A stretch of DNA of 35,929 nt from the IMG/VR virus record IMGVR_UViG_3300044878_000191, positions 1 through 35,929 of that record. One strand, 5' to 3'. The notes under the pieces are model-generated. The model did no database searches, had not been told where the DNA came from, and saw nothing but the letters and a program-made list of their open reading frames with translations. A program made the position numbers and the translations under genes. Of the stretch, positions 25,842 through 33,117 are shown piece by piece. Origin of the DNA: a virus (Duplodnaviria > Caudoviricetes). The stretch's first letter is position 1; every line of letters begins with the position of its first letter.

Positions 25842-26390
25842 CTATTTGTTTTTTAATTGGTAATTAATCATCATAACGTTATCCGCCAGGGACTCTAGGT
25901 GCCCAAACTCTCTGCCATCATCTTCATAGTTTCCTTGCAGTACTTCCAACAAGTGTCTTAGAGTGGCCTGCTTTAAGTGCTCTATACCTTCTGGAGTCAT
26001 TGGCTTTTTCCAATTGAATAGCTCGTACTTACCTTCTTTTTTATTAGCTGCCATTCTTTCGGCCATCTGCGTAATAAAGCCCCAATCTAATTCATAAAAA
26101 AGTTTTCCTTCTGTCTCCTTATAAGCCTCTTTAACAGGTTCTTTAGGATACCTTTTAATATTGTAGTCCTTCATCATTTCTTTCTCTCCTCGGTTTGTAT
26201 TTGGAATTACATCATCTTTTAATCCACAAGTACCGTCACAATAGCATTGAAATCCATTCAAAGGACAGTTTTTTAAGCTATTCATGCCTAAAGCAGTTCT
26301 TAGATGAGAATTCACAGTTTTAAACTTTTTACCTACTTCTTTTTCAAATTCTTCTTTGGTAACCTCTTTACCGTTTGAAACATACATCAT
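25842..26390 (-). CDS. dATP/dGTP diphosphohydrolase-domain protein (DUF5664-like)
   Basis: K..GKL.YEL...KY...NWKK...A.LRHL...GHL...A.N.M pattern. Confidence 0.7.
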   Translation of the reverse strand: MMYVSNGKEVTKEEFEKEVGKKFKTVNSHLRTALGMNSLKNCPLNGFQCYCDGTCGLKDDVIPNTNRGEKEMMKDYNIKRYPKEPVKEAYKETEGKLFYELDWGFITQMAERMAANKKEGKYELFNWKKPMTPEGIEHLKQATLRHLLEVLQGNYEDDGREFGHLESLADNVMMINYQLKNK

Positions 26391-26392
26391 AT

Positions 26393-26643
26393 TTATTTAA
26401 TTTTATTTCTATGAAAAAATTTACCACCGCAAGACCTACTGCAACATTGTTTATTTCCTAAAACAATAGCTTTGTAAGCATCTTTACTACTTCTGTAAAA
26501 TATATTTTCACACACAGGATACTCTAATTACAGTCATTCCTTACTAATAATAACGTTCTGCGTGACTCTTTGTTTATATTTAAATACCCTGCTTTAAAAT
26601 CTTCAGAATAAGGGTATTCTAGTTCTATCTTTGTATTTTTCAT
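26393..26643 (-). pseudogene. Internally deleted HNH homing-endonuclease remnant
   Basis: MKNTKIELEYPYSEDFKAGYLNINKESRRTLLLVR ends in a stop after 39 aa. A second frame gives YPVCENIF...CCSRSCGGKF. The nuclease core is absent. Confidence 0.5.
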
Positions 26644-26727
26644 ATACTTATTTAGTGGTCTCGGAGAATTACGATATCTCATACCTGACTTTTCTATATT
26701 TTTTAAATACCTTTTATTCTTTATTTA

Positions 26728-27195
26728 TTAAACCCTATTTTTATTAGTCATGTGGCATTTATTTTTACTTTCTAAATATACTACAGCCCTATTTAACAAT
26801 TTTACATCGTCTTTAAAACCACCTAAAGCTTTATTACATTGATGACACAATAATCCTCTAACATGTCCATTACTATGATTGTGGTCAACACAAGCTGTTG
26901 TATACCTACTATCACTTGTAAATTTTTTTTCACAGATTTCACAAGAGTTATTACAATATTCTAACATATTAAGAAAATCATCTTCATTTAAACCGTATTT
27001 ATACTTCCTTTGATGTTTTATATGGTTATATTCTTTATTTGAATTCTCACGCCTGTGTGTGTTATAACACATTTTTGAACAAAATTTTTCACCTCCTGCT
27101 CTAACCTTAATACTTAAAGTTTCAAATAACTCTTCACAATGATTACATTTTAAAACTTCTCTTTTACCTGATTTTCCTTTATATTTTATTTTCAT
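26728..27195 (-). CDS. Endonuclease VII-type HNH nuclease
   Basis: KYGL...CEIC...VDHNH..G.VRGLLC..CN..LG. Start moved to ATG 27195 because the longer ORF runs through the tRNA. Confidence 0.85.
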   Translation of the reverse strand: MKIKYKGKSGKREVLKCNHCEELFETLSIKVRAGGEKFCSKMCYNTHRRENSNKEYNHIKHQRKYKYGLNEDDFLNMLEYCNNSCEICEKKFTSDSRYTTACVDHNHSNGHVRGLLCHQCNKALGGFKDDVKLLNRAVVYLESKNKCHMTNKNRV

Positions 27196-27197
27196 AG

Positions 27198-27270
27198 TTT
27201 CCGCAACAGGACTCGAACCTGTGACCTTTTCGTTATGAGCGAACTTCTCTACCAACTGAGATATGCGAAA
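27198..27270 (-). tRNA. tRNA with CAT anticodon (elongator Met or lysidine-Ile2)
   Basis: Acceptor TTTCGCA/TGCGGAA, D-arm TCTC-AGTTGGTA-GAGA, anticodon loop CTCATAA, T-arm ACAGG-TTCGAGT-CCTGT. No encoded CCA. Confidence 0.9.
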
Positions 27271-27274
27271 GAAA

Positions 27275-27406
27275 TTGACAGGTTGCACGTTATCAGACTG
27301 TAAGCCATCAGTACTGTCCCTAGTATTGCGTTACTAGACTCTCCCTCCACGAGGTATCAGGTCTCCGAGGTCTTTACAGATGCTACCCTGAATAGTCACT
27401 GCAATG
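27275..27406 (-). ncRNA. GC-rich structured RNA candidate upstream of the tRNA
   Basis: Nested TTGCA/TGCAA, TCAG/CTGA and CTGTAA/TTACAG pairings, plus CCTC/GAGG and CTAGTA/TACTAG hairpins. Confidence 0.5.
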
Positions 27407-27589
27407 TTATTTTAAACTAGCTTTGTGTTTTAATTTAGCCACTTTTTTCTCATGCTTTGTAAAATAAGAATGAGCTTTTTCCATGTAATTTGTTGTGTCT
27501 TTGTTAAAGAAGAAGTTTCTAACTACTCTTGTTCCGTCTCTTCTTCTGTCGATTTCGTGTGTTACTAAGATTTCCATTTTTATATTTTT

Positions 27590-27796
27590 CTAGTTTATAA
27601 TCCAATTTTTAAAATTACTCTCGGTATCTAAATATCCTAATTGAGGGTCATTATTTTTTAAAGCTGTGATTTTTTCACCCTCGTCATCAATAATATAAAA
27701 AGACACATTTGTCTCTTCAATAATATCATAAGTTCTACCAGCAGTCAGATAACTAACTACCCCACACCCTTCTGGAATTGTTGCTGTTTTGTTCAT
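27590..27796 (-). CDS. Hypothetical protein
   Basis: YLTAGRTYDI...FYIIDDEG (small beta-barrel-like phage protein). Confidence 0.7.
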   Translation of the reverse strand: MNKTATIPEGCGVVSYLTAGRTYDIIEETNVSFYIIDDEGEKITALKNNDPQLGYLDTESNFKNWIIN

Positions 27797-27863
27797 TTTT
27801 TATTGTTTGTTATTGTTTGTTATTTATTTTTAAGTTTTATTTTCGGCGCAAAAAATTAAATAA

Positions 27864-27939
27864 AGAGAGGCGTATATCTCACGGTAGAACAAGCTTGCCT
27901 CTCTCAGCCAAAGAATACTATTCAGTGGGTTGATACCGT
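27864..27939 (-). ncRNA. Leader RNA with pseudoknot potential
   Basis: 27864-27871/27897-27904 stem. The loop segment 27881-27886 is complementary to 27934-27939. Begins just after a promoter. Confidence 0.5.
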
Positions 27940-27956
27940 TAAATTTTTTTGTTTTA

Positions 27957-27987
27957 CAAATGTACTACTTATTTTTTAATTGTGCAA
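27957..27987 (-). promoter_or_regulatory. Bacteroidota sigma-A promoter
   Basis: TTG-N20-TACATTTG. Confidence 0.75.
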
Positions 27988-27999
27988 GCTTTTATAAAT

Positions 28000-28650
28000 T
28001 TATTTTTTATAAATATAATCTAAAATCTTACCAACTAATCCGCTTCTATGATTTTCTTTTAACTTTATATGTTCAATTCCTTCAATACTTTTAGACAACT
28101 CTATAACAAAATCAAGTCCTGTGTAGTTTTCAGAGATATCTCGCTGAGCTGAATCTCCGTTAATTATGATTTTTCCAGTCTTACCTAACCTAGTAACAAT
28201 TGCCTCCATTTCTCTAGGGCTTAAGTTCTGAGCTTCCTCTACAAGTAAGACATCATCAATAGTTTTTCCTCTTATAAATTGAACAGGAAGCCCTTGTATT
28301 TTATCAAATTTTACAAAATCGTCTATCTTTATTTTTTCTGTGCATTTATATAAATTTTCAATTAGAGCTTCGATATACACATTAAATTTGGAGTCTAAAT
28401 CTCCAGGAAGATATCCCAAACTCCTACCAACCTCAATTGCGCTTCTTGTTACTAAAATTTTATCACACTGTTTTGTGTTTAAAAAATCTAAGGCGGTAAC
28501 TGCTCCAACTAAACTCTTTCCAGAACCTGCTCTACCAGTTATGATTACAATTTGATTTTCTAAGATTAGTCTTTTAGCCTCTTTTTGTTCTTCATTTAGT
28601 TGTACATTGTACTTAATTTCACTTTTTCTAATTCTATTAGGTTCTTTCAT
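28000..28650 (-). CDS. phoH: PhoH-family ATPase
   Basis: GRAGSGKS Walker A, LGYLPG, FIRGKT, EEAQN, TRLG, GDSAQRD. Confidence 0.93.
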   Translation of the reverse strand: MKEPNRIRKSEIKYNVQLNEEQKEAKRLILENQIVIITGRAGSGKSLVGAVTALDFLNTKQCDKILVTRSAIEVGRSLGYLPGDLDSKFNVYIEALIENLYKCTEKIKIDDFVKFDKIQGLPVQFIRGKTIDDVLLVEEAQNLSPREMEAIVTRLGKTGKIIINGDSAQRDISENYTGLDFVIELSKSIEGIEHIKLKENHRSGLVGKILDYIYKK

Positions 28651-28665
28651 ATTTTATATTTTTAC

Positions 28666-28696
28666 GCAATTTACAAAAACTTTTTTAGATGTGCAA
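28666..28696 (-). promoter_or_regulatory. Bacteroidota sigma-A promoter (variant -7)
   Basis: TTG-N20-TAAATTGC directly upstream of phoH. Confidence 0.6.
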
Positions 28697-28721
28697 ACAA
28701 TTTAGATTTTATTTTTAAAAA

Positions 28722-29159
28722 TTAACTGTTCTCTTTTAGGTGCTTAGAGAAGATAGTGGCTTTAACCCAATAGTTCATGCAGTTATGATTTGTTAAATGA
28801 TTACCACATAAAATTTCTTTTGTCTCCATATATGTAGTTTCAGCTTTTGAGTAGGTAAAATACAGTATCTCTTTTTTATATTTTATGCCCGATTTTATAA
28901 GAGCTTTTAATTCTAATGAACTTGAAATGTAGCTTTGCCATGGATATACTCCTTTATACTGTCCTTTTTTAGCTCCGCTTGTATATTTTGGTTTGTACAT
29001 ATACTTTTTACCAATGTAATATCTATCAGTTCCATCTAATAAGGTTATCATGTATATGAATGCAAAAGAATTTTCAGGAGTTTGTTCAACCTTATTTATT
29101 GTTTTACCTTGATATTGCCATTCTATTTTTTCCTCTGTTTTAGTTTTCTTTGGCGGCAT
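28722..29159 (-). CDS. GIY-YIG family endonuclease-like protein
   Basis: FIYMIT...YYIGKK, W..Y.SSS, KEIL...E motifs. Confidence 0.7.
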   Translation of the reverse strand: MPPKKTKTEEKIEWQYQGKTINKVEQTPENSFAFIYMITLLDGTDRYYIGKKYMYKPKYTSGAKKGQYKGVYPWQSYISSSLELKALIKSGIKYKKEILYFTYSKAETTYMETKEILCGNHLTNHNCMNYWVKATIFSKHLKENS

Positions 29160-29376
29160 ATATATCTTCTAACTGTTTAATAACTTCAATCCACTGACTC
29201 TCACTAAAGTGCATAGCCTCGTCTCTATGACCATCTTTTGCAAAATTTAAACAAAGATTAGCTAAATCTATTGATGCTTTAATATTTTCTTCTTTTGATA
29301 ATTTACCTGTGTAAGGGTTATTATTACATGATTTTAACATTAAGTTTACCATGTCTTGTGTGCTATTTACTTCCAT
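29140..29376 (-). CDS. Hypothetical protein
   Basis: ORF track. Confidence 0.7.
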   Translation of the reverse strand: MEVNSTQDMVNLMLKSCNNNPYTGKLSKEENIKASIDLANLCLNFAKDGHRDEAMHFSESQWIEVIKQLEDIYAAKEN

Positions 29377-29728
29377 ATCTTTTCTGTATTAATCTATTAT
29401 GTCTTTGAACCTGTTTATTATGGTTTTCTGCAAACTCATTTAACTCTTCTAACATTTCTTTGGGTGTTTTATTTTCATTGTTTTCTACCGCGTTTTTCCA
29501 ATAACTTGACAAGTAAAAATGACAAATAAACCGAATTTCGTTTTTAAGCCACTTAGTAGCATGAAGTTGAATTATTAAGTACGCTAAAATAAAAAATGCG
29601 CCAAAAAAGAATAGAAGAAGACATGCAAGTATCTTCTTAAGCCTACTATGGTCATTGAAATCATCAAACAAATAAAGACCTACAATAAAACTGTTTATTA
29701 TTAAATATATGTAAATTAAATGTACCAT
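29363..29728 (-). CDS. Membrane protein
   Basis: Two N-terminal hydrophobic segments. Confidence 0.7.
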   Translation of the reverse strand: MVHLIYIYLIINSFIVGLYLFDDFNDHSRLKKILACLLLFFFGAFFILAYLIIQLHATKWLKNEIRFICHFYLSSYWKNAVENNENKTPKEMLEELNEFAENHNKQVQRHNRLIQKRYGSK

Positions 29729-29732
29729 CCTA

Positions 29733-29918
29733 TTAAAAAATTTTAAATATTCGAATTACAAGATAAACAAAAACACCGATGTAAGTTATAAAAAGTAAGG
29801 AACACAAACCTAAAAGATAATTTATAAACCAATTTTCGTTGGCCAAAAACATACCAATAAAGTATGCAGCAGGTATGTGTAAAAATAACAGTAGTATTTT
29901 TTTATAATTTTTCCTCAT
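29733..29918 (-). CDS. Small two-TM membrane protein
   Basis: Hydrophobic 61-aa ORF. Confidence 0.6.
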   Translation of the reverse strand: MRKNYKKILLLFLHIPAAYFIGMFLANENWFINYLLGLCSLLFITYIGVFVYLVIRIFKIF

Positions 29919-30243
29919 TTTTATTTTTTCTTTGTTGTCTAAGTAATTCTCTTTCTTCGCTTTTTTTAAGAGGCTTAACTCTTTCTATGTAACTTTTATA
30001 TACATCCGACACCTCTTCATCTAGAGTGCCTTCTTTATACTTTACATGTATATCATATAATATATTAAGAAGGTTGTTTTTTATATTAAAAAAATGATTG
30101 TCTTCTAAATGAATATTAAATTCTGGTAGTATTACGGTCCAGTCTTTTTCTCTATTTAAAAATATAGGTGCTACTATTGTCTTACTTAATTGCACTCCTT
30201 TAAATCCTCTAATATACAAATCTCTTTTATGTATGTACTTCAT
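29902..30243 (-). CDS. Hypothetical protein
   Basis: ORF track. Confidence 0.7.
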   Translation of the reverse strand: MKYIHKRDLYIRGFKGVQLSKTIVAPIFLNREKDWTVILPEFNIHLEDNHFFNIKNNLLNILYDIHVKYKEGTLDEEVSDVYKSYIERVKPLKKSEERELLRQQRKNKNEEKL

Positions 30244-30409
30244 CCCTTGAAACTATTTTTTATCTTTATCTTCTAACTGTGTTAGTATTAAAACAGTTGA
30301 AGAGTATACACAAATAGCTAGGAAATAAACAGGACTTTTAAAAAACAAATTTAAAAGTACAGTAAAAGTTAGCAATATTAATGCTGTGGTTGAATTTTTC
30401 ATAGTTGTT

Positions 30410-30643
30410 TTATTTTTGATTATCCTTACTTAACAGGTATAAAAAGTTTTCTGCTGCTTTATTTGCAATTTCATGTAGTACTTCGCTGTCCATTAAATCT
30501 AGATCTTGTTGTGTTGTACAAGTCCTCCAAAACTCATCCTTAAAAGCCATAGCAATATTATCTTTCCAGGCTCTTCTATAATCTTCATCTGAGTTTAATG
30601 CTTTGCCAAGTTCTTGTACGGCCAATTTTAATTCGGTATTCAT
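30410..30643 (-). CDS. Conserved hypothetical phage protein
   Basis: DYRRAWKDNIAMAFKDE...IANKAA..FL motif. Confidence 0.75.
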   Translation of the reverse strand: MNTELKLAVQELGKALNSDEDYRRAWKDNIAMAFKDEFWRTCTTQQDLDLMDSEVLHEIANKAAENFLYLLSKDNQK

Positions 30644-30645
30644 AC

Positions 30646-31032
30646 CTATTCGTTTTTATTAGTTTTATTTTTAATGCACCAGTCAAATAAAGATAAATCG
30701 GTGTTTGTTTTTACCCATTCCTGAAACCATTTTTCTGCTAGAATATATGCAGAGTTCGGAACATCCATTTTTGAATTTGGATTTATAAAATAGTATAGTT
30801 TTTCTGCAACGTCCATATAGTCATCTGTTTTTGTATAACTTATTGGAGTGTTAATTAATTCATCTGGCAATAATGTCCATTCTTTGACTTCTCCTTCAAG
30901 TGTTGTTTTCCATACATCTAACCACACTCCGTTCACATAGTGACACATTTTAATGTAGCCATCCTTCATCTTACAAAGGTAAGATTTACCATCTATATGA
31001 GGTGGAGTTTGCATCCAAGGGTTTATATTCAT
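30646..31032 (-). CDS. Hypothetical protein (DUF551-like N-terminus)
   Basis: W...PP....YL...W.....VKEW..LP pattern. Confidence 0.65.
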   Translation of the reverse strand: MNINPWMQTPPHIDGKSYLCKMKDGYIKMCHYVNGVWLDVWKTTLEGEVKEWTLLPDELINTPISYTKTDDYMDVAEKLYYFINPNSKMDVPNSAYILAEKWFQEWVKTNTDLSLFDWCIKNKTNKNE

Positions 31033-31038
31033 TTTTAT

Positions 31039-31479
31039 TTATTTTAATCGGTCCTTTATAAGATTGACATAAGATGACATTTCGTCCCGCAAATCATTAA
31101 CATTAGCTAGAGATTCTTTATAAAAAGCTCTTTGTTCTAAAAACTCTTTATATTGTTTGGAGGCAGATGCAAACTTCTCCGCATTTCCTATAGCAGGAGG
31201 TTTGTCATACATAGGTTTTTCTCCTTCAGCCCAAACATATTCATCTCTTACCATGGCCACGGCAATCCGGAACTTTATTCCCGTACAAGCTTTTTCATCT
31301 CTTTTTGTTGCAGCGTGCATCATTTTAGTATGCCAGTATCTTAAATCAGCTTTTAAATCCACAAACCTGTGTTGATACTCAATTAAACTGTCTTTACTGT
31401 TTTCACTTACTTTAGTAAAGTTCCTAAAAGACTCTCTTAAACTCTCATATTCTTCTATAATTTCTTCTAAAGGTCTCAT
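31039..31479 (-). CDS. Helical hypothetical protein, possible recombination mediator
   Basis: Coiled-coil-like protein directly downstream of the RecA-like gene; function inferred from position only. Confidence 0.6.
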   Translation of the reverse strand: MRPLEEIIEEYESLRESFRNFTKVSENSKDSLIEYQHRFVDLKADLRYWHTKMMHAATKRDEKACTGIKFRIAVAMVRDEYVWAEGEKPMYDKPPAIGNAEKFASASKQYKEFLEQRAFYKESLANVNDLRDEMSSYVNLIKDRLK

Positions 31480-31480
31480 A

Positions 31481-32452
31481 CTATAATTGGTCTTTTAAAA
31501 ATTCAAACTCTTCTGGATTCTCTTTTAAATAATTAATAAAGTTATCCGTACCTTGTGTTTTTAAATCTCCTCCGTTTTTGGTTGGAAATGTAATCCATCC
31601 TGCTCCTCCCATTTTTACAATTTCTGTTTCTATAAACACTCTTGCATACTCATCAATCTTATTAAACCCTCCTTCATTATAAAAATTAACTTTATAAGCT
31701 TCAGAACCGTCATATGCACTGTTTTTGGATTTCTTAACTCTTACTTCAATAACGTGACCAATTACATTTTTATCTTTATCTTTTATTAAATCTTTCTTAG
31801 TCATATCTAATGTCGTGTTAGACATAGTTTTTTGCCATTCTCCTGCGGGAAGTACTCTTGGGTCTCCCATAGCTCCAGGATTTAATTTATAACTTGTTAG
31901 ACCTATAATACAAATATCTCTTGCTGAAGCGTATCCCTCAATGATTGGCATCCTCCCCGTATACCTCTTGGCGGCATTACCTATAGAATTTTCAATTGCG
32001 GATTTAGCTTCAATTGCAGCTGCTGTAAAAATTGGAATAGAGTCCATAATAATAATACCCACGTCTTCAGACTGAGCAAATAGTTCGGCTTCATCTAACA
32101 TGTTCTCTAAATTTCTACCAACTCTATGCACGAACTTATCTTTAGGTATTCCCATTCTTTCAAAATAACTGTCATTTAAGGTTCTCTCTCCATCAAAATA
32201 GACAGCGATTTTACCCCTTCTTTCAATTGTATCTTTACAAGCTAATAAAGAAATAGAACTTTTACCTACTCCACCTGAAGCAATAATTGTATTATAACCT
32301 CCATTCATAAAACCACCTCCTGTTAAATAATCAAGGTAAGGACTTCCTGTTGAAGTTGTAGTTCTTACAATTTTAGTGTCTCCTAAAATTGCTACTTTAT
32401 CTTCTTCTTTTTTATCTTTATTTAATTTTTTTAAAACGTCTTCTAATTTCAT
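31481..32452 (-). CDS. RecA/UvsX-like recombinase
   Basis: STGSPYLDYLTGGG, GGVGKS Walker A, YFDGERTL, IIMDSI Walker B, GAMGDP. Confidence 0.9.
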   Translation of the reverse strand: MKLEDVLKKLNKDKKEEDKVAILGDTKIVRTTTSTGSPYLDYLTGGGFMNGGYNTIIASGGVGKSSISLLACKDTIERRGKIAVYFDGERTLNDSYFERMGIPKDKFVHRVGRNLENMLDEAELFAQSEDVGIIIMDSIPIFTAAAIEAKSAIENSIGNAAKRYTGRMPIIEGYASARDICIIGLTSYKLNPGAMGDPRVLPAGEWQKTMSNTTLDMTKKDLIKDKDKNVIGHVIEVRVKKSKNSAYDGSEAYKVNFYNEGGFNKIDEYARVFIETEIVKMGGAGWITFPTKNGGDLKTQGTDNFINYLKENPEEFEFLKDQL

Positions 32453-32453
32453 A

Positions 32454-32831
32454 CTATGTGTATAAGTCGTAATGTTTATAATTTATTTTCTCTGTTATTT
32501 CTTGTTCTAATTGTTTAAATATTTTCTGAACTTTTGGATATATTTTCATCTCTTTAACTTTTTCTTGCGCCGAATTATCAAAATTTGAATGGCAGTTATT
32601 ATTACTATAAAGACCACAAAGGTATAAAATATTTAAGTCGGAACACATTACAGACTTAAAATATTGCTTTGGAAGTACGTGCGATATCTCTGTAATATTA
32701 CCTTTAAGCTTTGCTCCGCACTCTTCACAATGTTTTGTCTTTGCTATTTCAATATGCTTTTTAAAAAACTCTGGTAAACATTCTCTTTCAGCTTTTCGTT
32801 TTTCTAAACCTTTCTTTGAGTAATTTTTCAT
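32454..32831 (-). CDS. HNH-family nuclease
   Basis: CEECG...SHVLPK...NILYLC...CHSNFD. Confidence 0.7.
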   Translation of the reverse strand: MKNYSKKGLEKRKAERECLPEFFKKHIEIAKTKHCEECGAKLKGNITEISHVLPKQYFKSVMCSDLNILYLCGLYSNNNCHSNFDNSAQEKVKEMKIYPKVQKIFKQLEQEITEKINYKHYDLYT

Positions 32832-32835
32832 ATGT

Positions 32836-32866
32836 CAAATATATGACTTTATTTTTAATTGTGCAA
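32836..32866 (-). promoter_or_regulatory. Bacteroidota sigma-A promoter
   Basis: TTG-N20-TATATTTG. Confidence 0.75.
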
Positions 32867-32870
32867 GTTT

Positions 32871-33071
32871 TTACGATAAATCTTCCAAATCAGATAAAAA
32901 ACTTGTCCTTAAAGTTAGTTCGTTATCTAAGTCTCTTAAAGTTATTTCTAAAGAATCTCTATCATCTTTTTGAAGCTTTTGTTTCTGTATTTTTTGAAGA
33001 GTGTTTATCATGTCTATAACTTCATATGTTCTAGCTTTTTGCTCGGAAATTAGTTCTTCAATCTGTTTCAT
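32871..33071 (-). CDS. Small coiled-coil protein
   Basis: ORF track. Confidence 0.65.
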   Translation of the reverse strand: MKQIEELISEQKARTYEVIDMINTLQKIQKQKLQKDDRDSLEITLRDLDNELTLRTSFLSDLEDLS

Positions 33072-33117
33072 AGTTTTGATATTTTATATTGCGATTTGAG
33101 ATATTAAAAGGCGTTTA

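Noticed and set aside
26654-26690. A second intact tRNA gene
   Set aside because: Only a T-arm-like stem and an acceptor-like 3' strand are present; no D-arm or anticodon arm upstream.
27196-27288. N-terminal extension of the HNH ORF (MQPVNFF...)
   Set aside because: It is the tRNA sequence read in frame. ATG 27195 is the plausible start.
7881-27939. HDV-like/theta or hammerhead ribozyme identity for the two pseudoknot elements
   Set aside because: No recognisable P3/L3 plus catalytic-C junction and no CUGAnGA/GAAA core. Left as unassigned structures.
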